Assembly: GCA_964016885.1 (NCBI GenBank)
Contig: OZ024742.1
Location: 70,618,001 to 70,682,000 of the forward strand
Reading direction: 5' to 3'
DNA length: 64,000 nt
DNA from: Eledone cirrhosa
Lineage: Eukaryota
The notes under the pieces were generated by a model that was given only the letters and a program-made list of their open reading frames with translations, had not been told where the DNA came from and searched no databases. Shown piece by piece: positions 29,293-41,600 of this stretch; positions within the stretch are counted from its first letter, which is position 1; every line of letters begins with the position of its first letter. The position numbers and the translations under genes were made by a program.

Positions 29293-29322
29293 ACACACAA
29301 CACACACCCACACCCACACCCC

Positions 29323-29358
<36 letters not shown>

Positions 29359-29847
29359 GTATAAAAGATAAAACACAGGTAAGCATTAAGAGAAGGATTT
29401 AATCCATGTATTTACGACTGTTTCATTGGTAAGTGCAACCTTATATTGCTATACTGCAGATAGTAGCCATTCAATTATAATTGTTGTTCACAGTCCAAAT
29501 TTTCAAAATAGTGAGTTACTCTTGAAATAATTCTTAATATATAGAGAAAAACATTTATTTGGAATTGTATTTACTAGGAGGTGAGGGGACAGACGGCATA
29601 GTATAGAGAGAGAGGAAGGGGGAAGAGGTAGGAAGTAGAATGACAAACTGAGGTGGAGGTAGGGGTAGAGGTGGAAGGATTCTTTGGTCAGTTTTGATAG
29701 CAGACATCATGTCGTGGAGTGTAGTGAGTTAAAGAGAATTAAATAGATAATAGTGGGAGGGATGGATAGAGAGGGAGAGAGAGAGGGGGGGAGATATAAA
29801 GAGATAAATATATATATATATATATATATATAAAATTTCAGGTTATC

Positions 29848-29975
29848 AATAATTGTTTCTACTTTTGGCACAAGGCCAGCAATTACTCAGTGCATTACTG
29901 GTACTTTATTTTATCGACCCCGTAAGGATGAAAGGCAGTTAACCTCGGCGGGGTTTGAACTCAGATCATAAAGGG
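29848..29975 (-). mobile_element. tRNA-derived SINE
   Basis: Reverse complement of the 30770-30902 family sequence. Confidence 0.8.
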
Positions 29976-30741
29976 ACGTAATTTACAATATTCCTGTCCA
30001 TGGGAAAATGGGGGGGGCAGCGGCTGCCCCCCCCCCCCCATATTCCCATGGACAGGAATATTGTAAATTATGTAATGTAGAATTATTTTGTATTATGAAA
30101 TCCAAAAACATTTTATTAAATAACAGAATAGAGCGATCGTTATACTGTAACCATCGCTTAAAATCTACATTTTCATATTATAAATACTACCAGGATTGAA
30201 CGCCTGTCTCTATCTCCGTTTGATTGTCAAAATAGATATTAACATTCTTTATTAGTCCTAATTCTATCAACTCTTCTATTATTTACCTTTTAATATAAAC
30301 TGCTATAGATAAAATAAGATTTCTGATTTCTTGATTCAATTCCCTAATGCATATACCAGCTGGCTACTAAGATTGATGTTATTCAGTAGCAATCGAAATC
30401 TCCCCCTTCCCCAATTGACACTTTATAATTAATACTACTACACCAAATGACCAGCCCTGTCCACTGTCCAATTGGTCAAGTAGAGATTAAAATTGGCACT
30501 CCCAAAAATTCATATTTAGATAAAATGAACCATTTACTCATGGTATTCTCATTAGAAACCCATTATATACTTGTTTAGCAGTAAATTGATTTACCATCTG
30601 TCATATACTATCCCCTCTTTTTCTTCCTCTATTACTAATATAAATACTTCAATTTTTCTGATTTTATCCAATTTATCCAAAATCTCTGAAGAAGTGACAA
30701 CTGATTATACATTTGCTATCGAATACTTGCTAACAGAGGGT

Positions 30742-30902
30742 CTGACGCCATGCTTTGCAGCAAAGAGTTACGCCCCTTTATGGTTTGAGTTCAAATCCCG
30801 CCGAGGTTAACTTTGCCTTTCATCCTTACGGGGTCGATAAAATAAAGTACCAGTAATGCACTGGATAATTGCTGGCCTTGTGCCAAAAGTAGAAACAATT
30901 AT
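30742..30902 (+). mobile_element. tRNA-derived SINE
   Basis: gagttcaaatcccgccgaggttaactttgcctttcatccttacggggtcgataaaataaagtaccag...gtagaaacaatt. Confidence 0.8.
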
Positions 30903-31010
30903 ATGATTACGCAAGCAGCGATACATAGGTATTCCGTCTGTTACAGAAACATATGTCAATACCTAATAAATTCCTTTTTAAAAAAAGCACTTTCATTTTA
31001 TATTCATCCT

Positions 31011-31085
<75 letters not shown>

Positions 31086-31406
31086 TACACACACACGTAT
31101 ATATATATACACATATATACACATACACACACACACACACACATATATATATACATACATATATATATATATATAAAAAAATAAAAATAAAGATAATAAT
31201 GACAAAAATAAAAGCAAAGAAGGGGGTGAGAAGGAAGAAAAGGAAAGATAGCTAAGAAGAGGGAAGGAAGGAAGAAAACGAAGAAATAGAAGAGGAATGA
31301 GGGAGAAGGGGGGATATATGTATTGGTTTTGTGGGTAATTAAAGGGTCTAGATATAAGAGGGTATAAAGTCTAAGTATATGCAGTTTGTCAGTTGGTAGT
31401 AAGAGG

Positions 31407-31816
31407 TTATGGGTTCGATTTGTAGTGCGAAAATTTCTCTTTGAGTCTATGGTTACAATAAATTGATCTCTCAATTTTATTGTTGAGTAACTTATTCTTC
31501 GAACTTAAGATGTGGAACAGCTCAAGGTGGCATAATCGACAGCTTCTCATACCACTCCGATATGGGGGCGCGTTCGATAATTTTTTCCACTTCAGGGTGT
31601 ATTGATGGTTACTTTCCCTCAGTTGCCAGGTCTTGTTTGCAAGGGTAGTTACATAACGATGTGTATACCAATGGGCTTTAAATGTATTCCCAGTCGCTCC
31701 GATGTAATACCATTTCTGGTTGTCTGATTCCACTGTGCATTGGTAAACCAGGTTAGACTGCATACATTCATTTTGTAATGGACAGGTTTCAGATAGGTGG
31801 CAGTTACATTTCTTGT
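31407..31816 (-). pseudogene. PLE GIY-YIG endonuclease C-terminal fragment
   Basis: CNCHLSETCPLQNEC, LVYQC, YYIGATGNTFK, CRLCHLE and CNHR motifs. Confidence 0.85.
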
Positions 31817-32211
31817 TATCGGAGTGGTATGAGAAGCTGTCGATTATGCCACCTTGAGCTGTTCCACATCTTAAGTTCGAAGAATAAGTTACTCAACAAT
31901 AAAATTGAGAGATCAATTTATTGTAACCATAGACTCAAAGAGAAATTTTCGCACTACAAATCGAACCCTTAACCTCTTACTACCAACTGACAAACTGCAT
32001 ATACTTAGACTTTATACCCTCTTATATCTAGACCCTTTAATTACCCACAAAACCAATACATATATCCTCCCTTCTCCCTCATTCCTCTTCTATTTCTTCG
32101 TTTTCTTCCTTCCTTCCCCTTTCTTGGCTATCTTTCCTTTTCTTCCTTCTCACCCCCTTCTTTGCTTTTATTTTTGTCATTATTATCTTTATTTTTATTT
32201 GTGTATGTGTA

Positions 32212-32264
<53 letters not shown>

Positions 32265-32282
32265 ATGTGTATGTATATATAT

Positions 32283-32336
<54 letters not shown>

Positions 32337-32930
32337 CTCTTTATATCTCCCCCCTCTCTCTCTCTCCCTCTCTATCCATCCCTCCCACTATTATCTATTT
32401 AATTCTCTTTAACTCACTACACTCCACGACATGATGTCTGCTATCAAAACTGACCAAAGAATCCTCCCACCTCTACCCCTACCTCCACCTCAGTTTGTCA
32501 TTCTACTTCCTACCTCTTCCCCCTTCCTCTCTCTCTATACTATGCCGTCTGTCCCCTCACCTCCTGATTCCTCTCTCTCTATACTAGTAAATACAATTCC
32601 AAATAAATATTTTTCTCTATATATTAAGAATTATTTCAAGAGTAACTCACTATTTTGAAAATTTGGACTGTGAACAACAATTATAATTGAATGGCTGCTA
32701 TTTGCAGTATAGCAATATAAGGTTGCACTTACCAATGAAACGGTCGTAAATACCTGGATTAAATCCTTCTCTTAATGCTTACCTGTGTTTTATCTTTTAT
32801 ACTTTATACTCCAAGATTGAACGGAATTCTTACAAACTTGTGGAGTTACCCCTAACCGTACGTTGAAACCATCCATGAAACTGGCTTTCTTAACCAAAAA
32901 CTGGATCACAATAAGCAATTTTTTGCTTCT

Positions 32931-32974
<44 letters not shown>

Positions 32975-33666
32975 ACGCAGGTCCCAAATTTTAGGTGAGG
33001 GGAGGACATTTGCTGAAATTCTTATAAGCGGGAGTGGGGAATCGGTAATTGTTTAGTGTACGTTCGTAAATATGGGGTTTCTTGTAATGTTCTTTTTTTG
33101 TCATATATGTTTTTTTTAATGGAAAATAAAATTATTATTAGATTCTTCAGCTGCTGTATCGATATGAATAACTTACAATAAAATTTCACCGGAGATAGAT
33201 TAGCAAACTTTAATAAGCGGGCAGGGTGGCGGGTGGAATGAAAACGGGTGGGGTGGAAAAATCGAACAAATTAATAAGTGGGGGATGGATTATTCAAGAT
33301 CTAAGAGTAATTGATAGAGAAAGTGACATTGAGAGAGACTGTGAGTAGTAAATATAAAGAGGGGGAGAAGCTAGTGTTAAATGTTATAGAGAGGGGAATT
33401 TGAAGAGTACCATGTAGTAGATATATATTTCTATTTATTTGCCACCAGGGCATCAAAGATTGGGACAAATACAAAGGGGGGAGTTTACATACATTTAAAA
33501 AGACGTGTAAAAAACATATAACAAATTTAATTTAACAATCGATGTCCTCAATAGGGAGGGGCGTTGACATGGGTCGCACACACCCCCGAAAAAATGTGCA
33601 ACCCTCCTCTTCAGGAGCACAAAGAGCGGGTGCTTCCTTCCTCTTCTCATTCTTCTCCTCTCTCAC

Positions 33667-36513
33667 CTACAGGCTGATATAGAGAGAAGGCCCATTCACT
33701 CGGGCCATTCTCGCTACTTTCACCCATCTTTCATAAAACTTGCTGGGGTAGAGCACCTCTCTCTCCATTCTGATCCTTCTTCTAAAGTGGTACTTGAAAA
33801 AAAAGACCAGTTGTTGGCCGGAGAGAAAGGTGTCTGACCTCAGCCCTTTCAACCTTGTCAACCATACAACTTCTTTCGCCATGGCTATCACACAGAGGAA
33901 AACCGCCTCTCCTTCGTTTTTGAAAGGGGGAGGCGGTTTGATTGTGACAATGTTCTCGGTGGTCAACCGGATTGGTCCCACCCGCGACAGTAGTCGTTCT
34001 ACATAGCCCCACAGGTCAGCAACGCCCGGGCAGTGTACGAATGCGTGTGCGACGGTTTCCTCGTCACGCACGCATCTTGGACAGATCTTCTTCGAGGGGT
34101 ACCTACCCGGGCGCCCGTGTCTGTAGAGCTTGTCCCGAACGGGTAAAGCTCCTCGGTAACATTGCCAAGCCAGGGACTTTTGGAAGTTGTCCATCGGTCC
34201 CGGGCCAAACGTCCTACCGAACAGACTGGCCAGCTCGTCTTCCTCCATGCCCAGAGCCTCTCCGAGAGCGTCGTCGCACTTACTGCGCACCAACCCTCTA
34301 TAGAATGTTGAGGTTGAGTCTCCACTAATTGCCGGATCCGCTTGCCAGAGGGCCGTGAGCGCCTGGGCACATTCAATGTGCCAGTCGCCCACTTTTCTCG
34401 GTCTTTGCTTGACCCAGGATTGCAGCTCGGTGAGTGAGACGAGTCTCGGAAAGGCTCGCCTCACAAACAGGGCCCACACCGGCTGACCGGTGAGGAATAC
34501 CTGGAGGTGCCGTAGCCTTAATGCGTGTCTACGCATCCTCAGCCACGGCATCCCCAGCCCTCCGTTTGAAGGGTGTTGACAGCAGATGGATCTTCTCACC
34601 AAAGGAGCCCGCTTCTTCCAAAGAAATCGGAAGAGCGCGCGCTCCATTTTGGCGAGTGTTTTCTCTGGGCAAGGCACGACGGTCAAGCGGTAGTAGATGA
34701 CGGACGCTATATAAGCGTTCGCCACCTCCGCTCGACCTTTCAGGGATAGTTTGCACTCGGCCCACTTCTGGGCGAGTGCAAACACCTTGCCCGTTACCTC
34801 GTCCCAGTTTTTCTCCACCTGGAGGTCTGGTCCGAACCAGACCCCGAGCAGCTTCACCGGTCCCTCCGTCCAGCGTCCGACGATGCCGTCGGAGGGCATC
34901 GTTTTGACCCTCCACGTCCCGAGTTGCAAACCGACGGACTTTTCCCGGTTCAGCTTGGCTCCTGTGAACCTTTCATATTCCTCCAGTAAGGTGCCGATCT
35001 GCCCGATTTCCGAGGCGCACGACACCATTACTGTCACGTCATCGGCGTAGGCCGACACTGCTTTCCGCAATCCCGGTTCCAAGGGGATGCCCTGCAACAG
35101 CTCCAGCTTCCGCAGTAGTGGCTCGAGAGCCAGCACATACAGGAGGGAGGAGAGAGGGCATCCCTGTCGAATGGATCGCGTGATTTGGAACGGCTCCGAG
35201 AGGTAGCCGTTCACCTTGACCCTCGAGCAGGTGTTGCTGCTGTGCATTGCAGCAATCCAGCCCCTGAAAACGGATCCGAAGCCTGCCGCCGCGAGCACCG
35301 CATCCAGGTACCGATGGTCAACCCTATCGAACGCTTTAGATTGATCCAAGTTGATCAGGGCCCCACCAAAGCCGGGTTCGTTCCCTACCCTCTCTACGAT
35401 GTATCGCATGAGGTGGAGGTTGTCGTGTATGGACCTGGACGGGATTGCCCATGTCTGCGCTTCTCCCACCAGGTTCCTGACGACAAGCGCCAACCTCTTC
35501 GCTAACACCTTGGCCAAAATCTTTAACTCTGTGTTTAGCAGAGTTATGGGCCTGAAGTTATCTATGTCATCCCCCTTGTTCTCGTCCTTCCTCACCAGCG
35601 TGACTACGCCCTTGGTCACAAAACTGAGAATTCTCCCGTTCTGTTTCCAGTTGCAGTAGACCGCCTCGAGGAGACCGGAGAATAAGCCCGACATCGCTAC
35701 ATAAAGTTCGTATGGTAGACCATCGAGACCCGGAGATTTGCGTTTGCCGCATTGGCTCAGCGCTTCCCCTATTTCAGCGGCTGAAATCGGCCTCTCGCAG
35801 GACTTCGCCTCCCCGTCCGAGAGCCGCGCCAGACCGTCGAGGTATGGACAGAAATCCATGGCCCCACCCGGCCCGCCACCCCTCCCGAACAGTCGTGCAA
35901 AGCGCCGTTGAAAGGCCGCGCTCATCCGCTCAGGTTCAAGGATCACGCGTCCATCCTGGTCCTTCAAAGACCGAATCGTGGACTTGTTTCCACTTTTTGC
36001 CTCTGTCACTCGAGCCCAGCTAACAGCTTTGGCTCCCTCGTTACCCAGAGCACGTATTTTACTCCTGACGACGCAGCCCTCGTGCTTCGCATCAAAGAAC
36101 TGGTCTCGGGCCGTTCTTGACGCCAGCACTCCGGCCACGTTGCCACTCCTAATCGCCTCTTCTACTCTATTTGTTAATTCCCTTTCAGTTCTATTCCTAT
36201 CTGATGTTAATTCCGAACTAAAACCTATCGATTCTATTCTAATTTCTCTCTTGAGAGAGCCCCACCACCTGTTGTTGACAATTGCCCCCGTCAAACGCTG
36301 CTTAACTAGTGTGCTAATCCGCTTACTGTAAGCTTTGTTTGTCGGTAAAGACAAGTTTAGCTTCCAGTAACCGGGTCCCTGTCTATGAGTTCTATCAAGG
36401 TTGACCACTCCGGTCACCAACTTGTGATCCGAATAGTCAACCATGAACATTCGTGGACAGCTTAATATGTCCCTATCCTTATTTCTAACTAGGAACCTAT
36501 CTAGGTACGACCT
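33667..36513 (-). pseudogene. LINE A ORF2, C-terminal part (end of APE endonuclease, RT, Cys-rich domain)
   Basis: SYLDRFL, SDH, GYWKLN, KSPGLDG, FRPITLLN, LDQSKAFDRV, RQGCPLS, YADD and CPRC...H...C motifs. Confidence 0.92.
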
Positions 36514-36729
36514 CTGTTCTACAGTGTGGATGTCATTCACTTCGCACAGAAGTTTTGTTCAAATTTATTGAGGAAATTTTGTGAGTTCAAACTTAATTTT
36601 GATACAATTGTGTAGCTTGACCCTCCGTCTGAACTGTCAGGCGGTGGGTCAGCTCATCTTTACCCCTCCTAGAGGTGAAAAACCTGTTTTAAAAAATTTT
36701 GTGTAAAAAATTTCAATCGTCTAACAGAA

Positions 36730-38610
36730 ATGTTAAACGCAGCGAACGAAAATAGTGGTGGGGGGACAGCGGTAAGAGTTGTAAGCTCGCACGCTTTAGT
36801 CCTCCCTTCCTTCCCAACTAACGTCATAGAGAAGGAAGGAAAAATGAAAATAAAAACGGACGAATCTGCGGAGGAAAAAAAATTAAATGACGAAAACAAC
36901 GAAAAAAAAAAATTTGAAAAATTGCATGACAATACTAATAACACAAACAAAGACACAACAAACAAAAAAATAACAGTTGAAAATAACATAATATCAGAAA
37001 ACAAAGCAGACGACAAGATTTCTTTTGCACAGAAAACAAAGAAATCTTTGACTTATATAGCGGAAAACATTTCAGATGTGGTACGAAGGATCACGGACGC
37101 AAAACAATACATAAGTGAAGGTGAGAATGGTATTTTATTGGTAAAAATGCCTCAAGAATTCACGAAAGACATTGAAAGCCGAACGGTCAAGTTTCGGACC
37201 ATCAACAACAGTACAAAAAAACCTGAACAGCCTTCTCAAGCAGATATCAAAACAGTACTCGCAGAAGTACTGAATGAAACAACTTTCATAAGAAAAGACA
37301 GACTGTATGGAAGCCTAGCAATTATCATGAAGAACGAATCGGCGGCAAAAAAATGTGCTTTGTCACCGATTCGTTCGAAAAATTTCACCTTTTATCCATC
37401 TTATATGGGAAAAAAAACTCAACGCATATGGCTGGATGCAATGATGCCAGATGTGGACTACTGCTGGCTCATAGCTGGCTTCATCGATCCAGTGAATGAC
37501 AACGTGATTTCCATTGGGAAAACCACAGGCAATGCGTTCAGTGGAACAGGTATAGAGCTGGTAGTACAAATGAAGCCTGAACGCATCGCCCAAATACCCG
37601 ACAGAATCCTATTAGAGGACCACGGGTATATAAACATTAGCGTGGAGGGGAGAAGGCCGTCCTGCCATATCTGTGCAGGCAGAGGGCACCTGAAGGCCGC
37701 TTGTCCCCAACTCAACAAAAAGAAAACCCTGCTACCAACACCAGCTCCACCACCACCACCACAACAGATAAACAAACAACAAAACTCAGTCCCACCCAAC
37801 CCGTCCCTCAGTAACACCACAACACCACCACAACACAAACAGTCACAACACATTACCCCAAAACAAAATACAGGCCCACCCAACCTCTCACTCAATAAAA
37901 CAACACAACCACCGCAGACACAACACACAACACAGTCTAACATAGTGACATCCATCTCCCCCACAAAGAAAACCAACACGGAAACATTACCAGCAAACAT
38001 ACCTCTTCCCTCCAACACTGAAGATAACCCAACGAATTCGGAGGAAGAAACGGAGTCCTTCAGACAGATTAAAAGGAAAAAAAGAAAACATGTGCAAAAC
38101 ACACAAGGACAAACAACCCCCACCCAAATCGCAACACAATCTAACAAAACAGAAAACACCCCTCCAGCAACAAACAAAACCAAACCTGCCCCTCCCCTCT
38201 TCGAAACACTCACACCATCGGAAAAAAAGACATTACACTATACTTACATCAACAGAAACAATAATAAATTAAATGAACTCATATACAATAATCCTTCGGT
38301 ACAAACCGAAGGTGTAAACTTTGTTTCATCAGAAAACCACCCACATTTAAAACTAATAAAAATCCCAATGAACCTCTACCAAAAACTAAAAAAGGATTTT
38401 AAGGAGGACGTAGGACCACCCTCTGTCAAACCCATAAACCGCGTCCTACTAAAAAGCTTTCCCCCTCCCCTTCCCCTCCCCAACACAACTCCAAACACCC
38501 CAACCCCACCACACACCGACGACCCCACACCACCACAAGACACCCCTTCACCCAACACCCCCGACCCCATGGAAGTCGTGCAACCCGAACCCCGGGAAGC
38601 GGAAAGGTAG
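36730..38610 (+). CDS. LINE ORF1 protein, 626 aa, single CCHC zinc knuckle, P/T-rich linker
   Basis: Open frame; CHICAGRGHLKAAC; lies directly upstream of ORF2. Confidence 0.9.
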   Translation: MLNAANENSGGGTAVRVVSSHALVLPSFPTNVIEKEGKMKIKTDESAEEKKLNDENNEKKKFEKLHDNTNNTNKDTTNKKITVENNIISENKADDKISFAQKTKKSLTYIAENISDVVRRITDAKQYISEGENGILLVKMPQEFTKDIESRTVKFRTINNSTKKPEQPSQADIKTVLAEVLNETTFIRKDRLYGSLAIIMKNESAAKKCALSPIRSKNFTFYPSYMGKKTQRIWLDAMMPDVDYCWLIAGFIDPVNDNVISIGKTTGNAFSGTGIELVVQMKPERIAQIPDRILLEDHGYINISVEGRRPSCHICAGRGHLKAACPQLNKKKTLLPTPAPPPPPQQINKQQNSVPPNPSLSNTTTPPQHKQSQHITPKQNTGPPNLSLNKTTQPPQTQHTTQSNIVTSISPTKKTNTETLPANIPLPSNTEDNPTNSEEETESFRQIKRKKRKHVQNTQGQTTPTQIATQSNKTENTPPATNKTKPAPPLFETLTPSEKKTLHYTYINRNNNKLNELIYNNPSVQTEGVNFVSSENHPHLKLIKIPMNLYQKLKKDFKEDVGPPSVKPINRVLLKSFPPPLPLPNTTPNTPTPPHTDDPTPPQDTPSPNTPDPMEVVQPEPREAER

Positions 38611-38643
38611 GTCTCTACACTCTCCTTTGGCTCTGCCGCCCAC

Positions 38644-41600
38644 ATGGATGTGTTAAGAGTAGGATGTTTGAATGCACGTGGCCTGGGCTCAACTTGGAAG
38701 CAAGCAAAGCTTCTAAATGACCTCAGGTCATGTAGTATAAATGTAATGGTTATCTGTGAGACTCGAATCAGCGTCATGCGGCAGCTGGCCCCCACCTTCG
38801 ATGACTTTGAGGTGCATGCATCTCTCTGTCAACCTGGAGGTGGGGGTGGGGTTGTCGTGCTGCTGCAAAAACACCTGGGTCTTGCCGTACAGGTTGTGCA
38901 CTCGGACCCGGAGGGTCGTTTGTTGGTGCTAGACGTTGGCAGTAGTGAAAGTGCGGCCTTGAGACTGGTCGCCGTCTACTCCCCTTTCGGAGCTGAACGG
39001 CCCGACTTCTTCCAGCGTTTGGAGACTTTTCTGGGAACGTCGCGTTCCCTGCTTCTAGCGGGGGATTGGAATGACATCCTAGATGCACGTTGGGACTATG
39101 CAGGAGCATGTCCTAATAGAGGGGGGTGTAACAGCCTCAAGGGGTTACTCGACCGTTTTAACTTGGTCGATAGATATCGACTAGATTTTCCAACTGTGCC
39201 TACCTGGACTTGGAGAAACCACAGTGGTCAATCTAGATCGTACTTAGATAGATTCTTAGTTAGAAGTAAGGATAGGGACATATTAAGCTGTCCAGAAATG
39301 CGCACGGTTGGCTACACGGATCACAAATTAGTGACCTGCGTGGTCAATCTCGAGAAAACACATAGACAGGGTCCCGGTTACTGGAAACTTAATTTGTCTT
39401 TACCGGCAAAAGAGACTTACAGAAACCGGATTAGCAGATTAGTTAAGGAGAGGTTGACGGGTGCAATCGTCAACAACCGATGGTGGGCATCTCTCAAAAG
39501 AGAGATTAGAACAGAATCAATAAGTTATAGCAAGATGTTAGCTGCCAATAGGAATAGAAACGAGAAAGAATTAACAGGTAAATTAGAAGAGGCAATCAAG
39601 AGCGAAGATGTGGCCAGAGTGCTGGCATCGAGGACGGCCTTGAACCAGTTTTTCGATGCAAAGCATGAAGGCTGCGTCATTCGAAGTAAAATACGTGCTC
39701 TAGGTAATGGAGGGGCCAAAGCCGTTGGATGGGCCCGCGTGACAGAAGCTAAAAGTGGAAATCGATCCACCATCCGGTCGTTGCAAGACGAAGATGGACG
39801 AGTGATCCGGGAGCCTAAGCAGATGTGCGAGGCCTTTCAAAAGCACTTTGCCCGATTGTTCGGGGGAGGCGAGGGTCCGGGCCGGGGCGTGGATTTCGGT
39901 CCATACCTCGACGGCCTGCCGCGTCTCTCGAACAAAGAGGCAGAGTCCTGCGAGGGACCAATCTCGGCTGATGAGATCGGAGATGCGCTGAGCCAATGCA
40001 GCAGACGCAAATCTCCAGGTCTCGATGGTATACCTTACGAACTTTATTTAGCAATGCCGGTCTTCTTCTCCGAACTCCTCGAAGCGGTCTACTGCAATTG
40101 GCAGCAGAACGGGAGAATTCCTTGTTCTGTAGCCAAGGGCGTAGTCACGCTGGTGAGGAAGGACGAGAACAAGGGGGATAGTATAAATAATTTTCGGCCC
40201 ATAACCCTGCTAAACACAGAGTTAAAGATTTTGGCCAAGGTGTTAGCAAAGAGGTTGGCGCTTGTCGTGGGTGGCCTGGTGGGAGATGCGCAGACATGTG
40301 CTATCCCATCCAGGTCCATTCACGATAACCTCCACCTCATGCGATACATCATAGAGAGGGTTGGCAACAAACCCGGCTTCGGTGGGGCCCTGATCAACTT
40401 GGATCAGTCTAAGGCCTTCGATAGGGTCGACCATGGTTACCTGGATGCGGTGCTAGCGGCGGCTGGGTTCGGTCCTGTTTTCAGAGGCTGGATCACTGCC
40501 CTACATAGCAACCACATCTGTTCTAGGATCAAGGTGAACGGCTACCTTTCGAAGCCGTTCGAAATCACACGATCCATTCGACAGGGGTGCCCTCTCTCCT
40601 CCCTTCTGTACGTATTGACTCTCGAGCCTTTACTGAGGAAGTTGGAGTTGTTGCAGGGTATCCCCCTGGAACCAGGATTGAGCAAAGCGGTGTCGGCCTA
40701 CGCCGATGACGTAACAGTAATGGTATCAACCGACTCGGAGATCGAGGCGATCGGTACCTTACTGGAGGAGTACGAAAGGTTGTCAGGAGCGAAACTGAAC
40801 CGGGAAAAATCCATCGGGCTGCAACTCGGAACGTGGAGAGGCAAACCGATGCCTCCTGACGGTGTCGTCGGACACTGGACGGAGGGCCCGGTAAAGTTGC
40901 TTGGGGTCTGGTTTGGACCGGACCTCCAGGTGGAAAAGAACTGGAACGAGGTTACGAACAAGGTGTTTGCACTAACCCAGAAATGGGCCAAGTGTAAGCT
41001 GTCCCTAAAAGGCCGGGCGGAGGTGGCGAACATTTACATAGCGTCCGTCACTTACTACCGCCTGACTGTCGTGCCTTGCCCTAAGGAAACACTCACCACC
41101 ATGGAACGCATGCTCTTCCAATTTCTTTGGAAGAAGCGTCCTCCTATGGTGAGAAGATCCATCTGCTGCCAACAACCTTCGAAAGGAGGGCTGGGGATGC
41201 CGTGGTTGATGATGCGTAGGCACGCATTAAGGCTACGGCACCTACAGGTATTCCTCACTGGTCAACCGGTGTGGGCTCCGTTCGTGAAACGAGCCTTTCC
41301 GAGACTCGTCTCACTCACCGAGCTACAGTCCTGGGTCAAGCAAAGATCCGGAAAACTGGGAGACTGGCACACTGAGTGTGCTCAGGCGCTCAGGGCTCTC
41401 TGGCAAGCGGGCCGGGCCATCGGTGGAGAATCCACCTCATCATTCTATAGAGGGCTGGTGGCTAGCAGGGGCGATGACACCCTTGGAGAGTCGCTGGACA
41501 TGGAAGAAGACGAACTGGCCAGCCTGTTCGGTAGGACTTTCGGCCCAGGACCAATGGACAACTTCCAGAAGTCACTGGCCTGGCAGTGCTACCGAGGGGC

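Larger units (their letters stand above)
29832..31010 (+). mobile_element. Nested insertion: related PLE 3' fragment bracketed by inverted SINE copies
   Basis: YCKLCNVELFCIMKSKNILLNNRIERSLYCNHR at 30058-30199; SINE (-) at 29848-29975 and SINE (+) at 30742-30902; sits in the internal TA tract of the host PLE arm. Confidence 0.7.
29358..32935 (-). mobile_element. PLE (Naiad-like) fold-back: minus arm 29358-31816 (interrupted at 29832-31010), plus arm 31817-32935
   Basis: GIY-YIG ORF 31407-31763 (LVYQC..YIGAT..CRLCHLE..YCNHR); 31185-31562 is inverted relative to 31817-32200, and 29358-29810 relative to 32330-32803. Confidence 0.9.
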
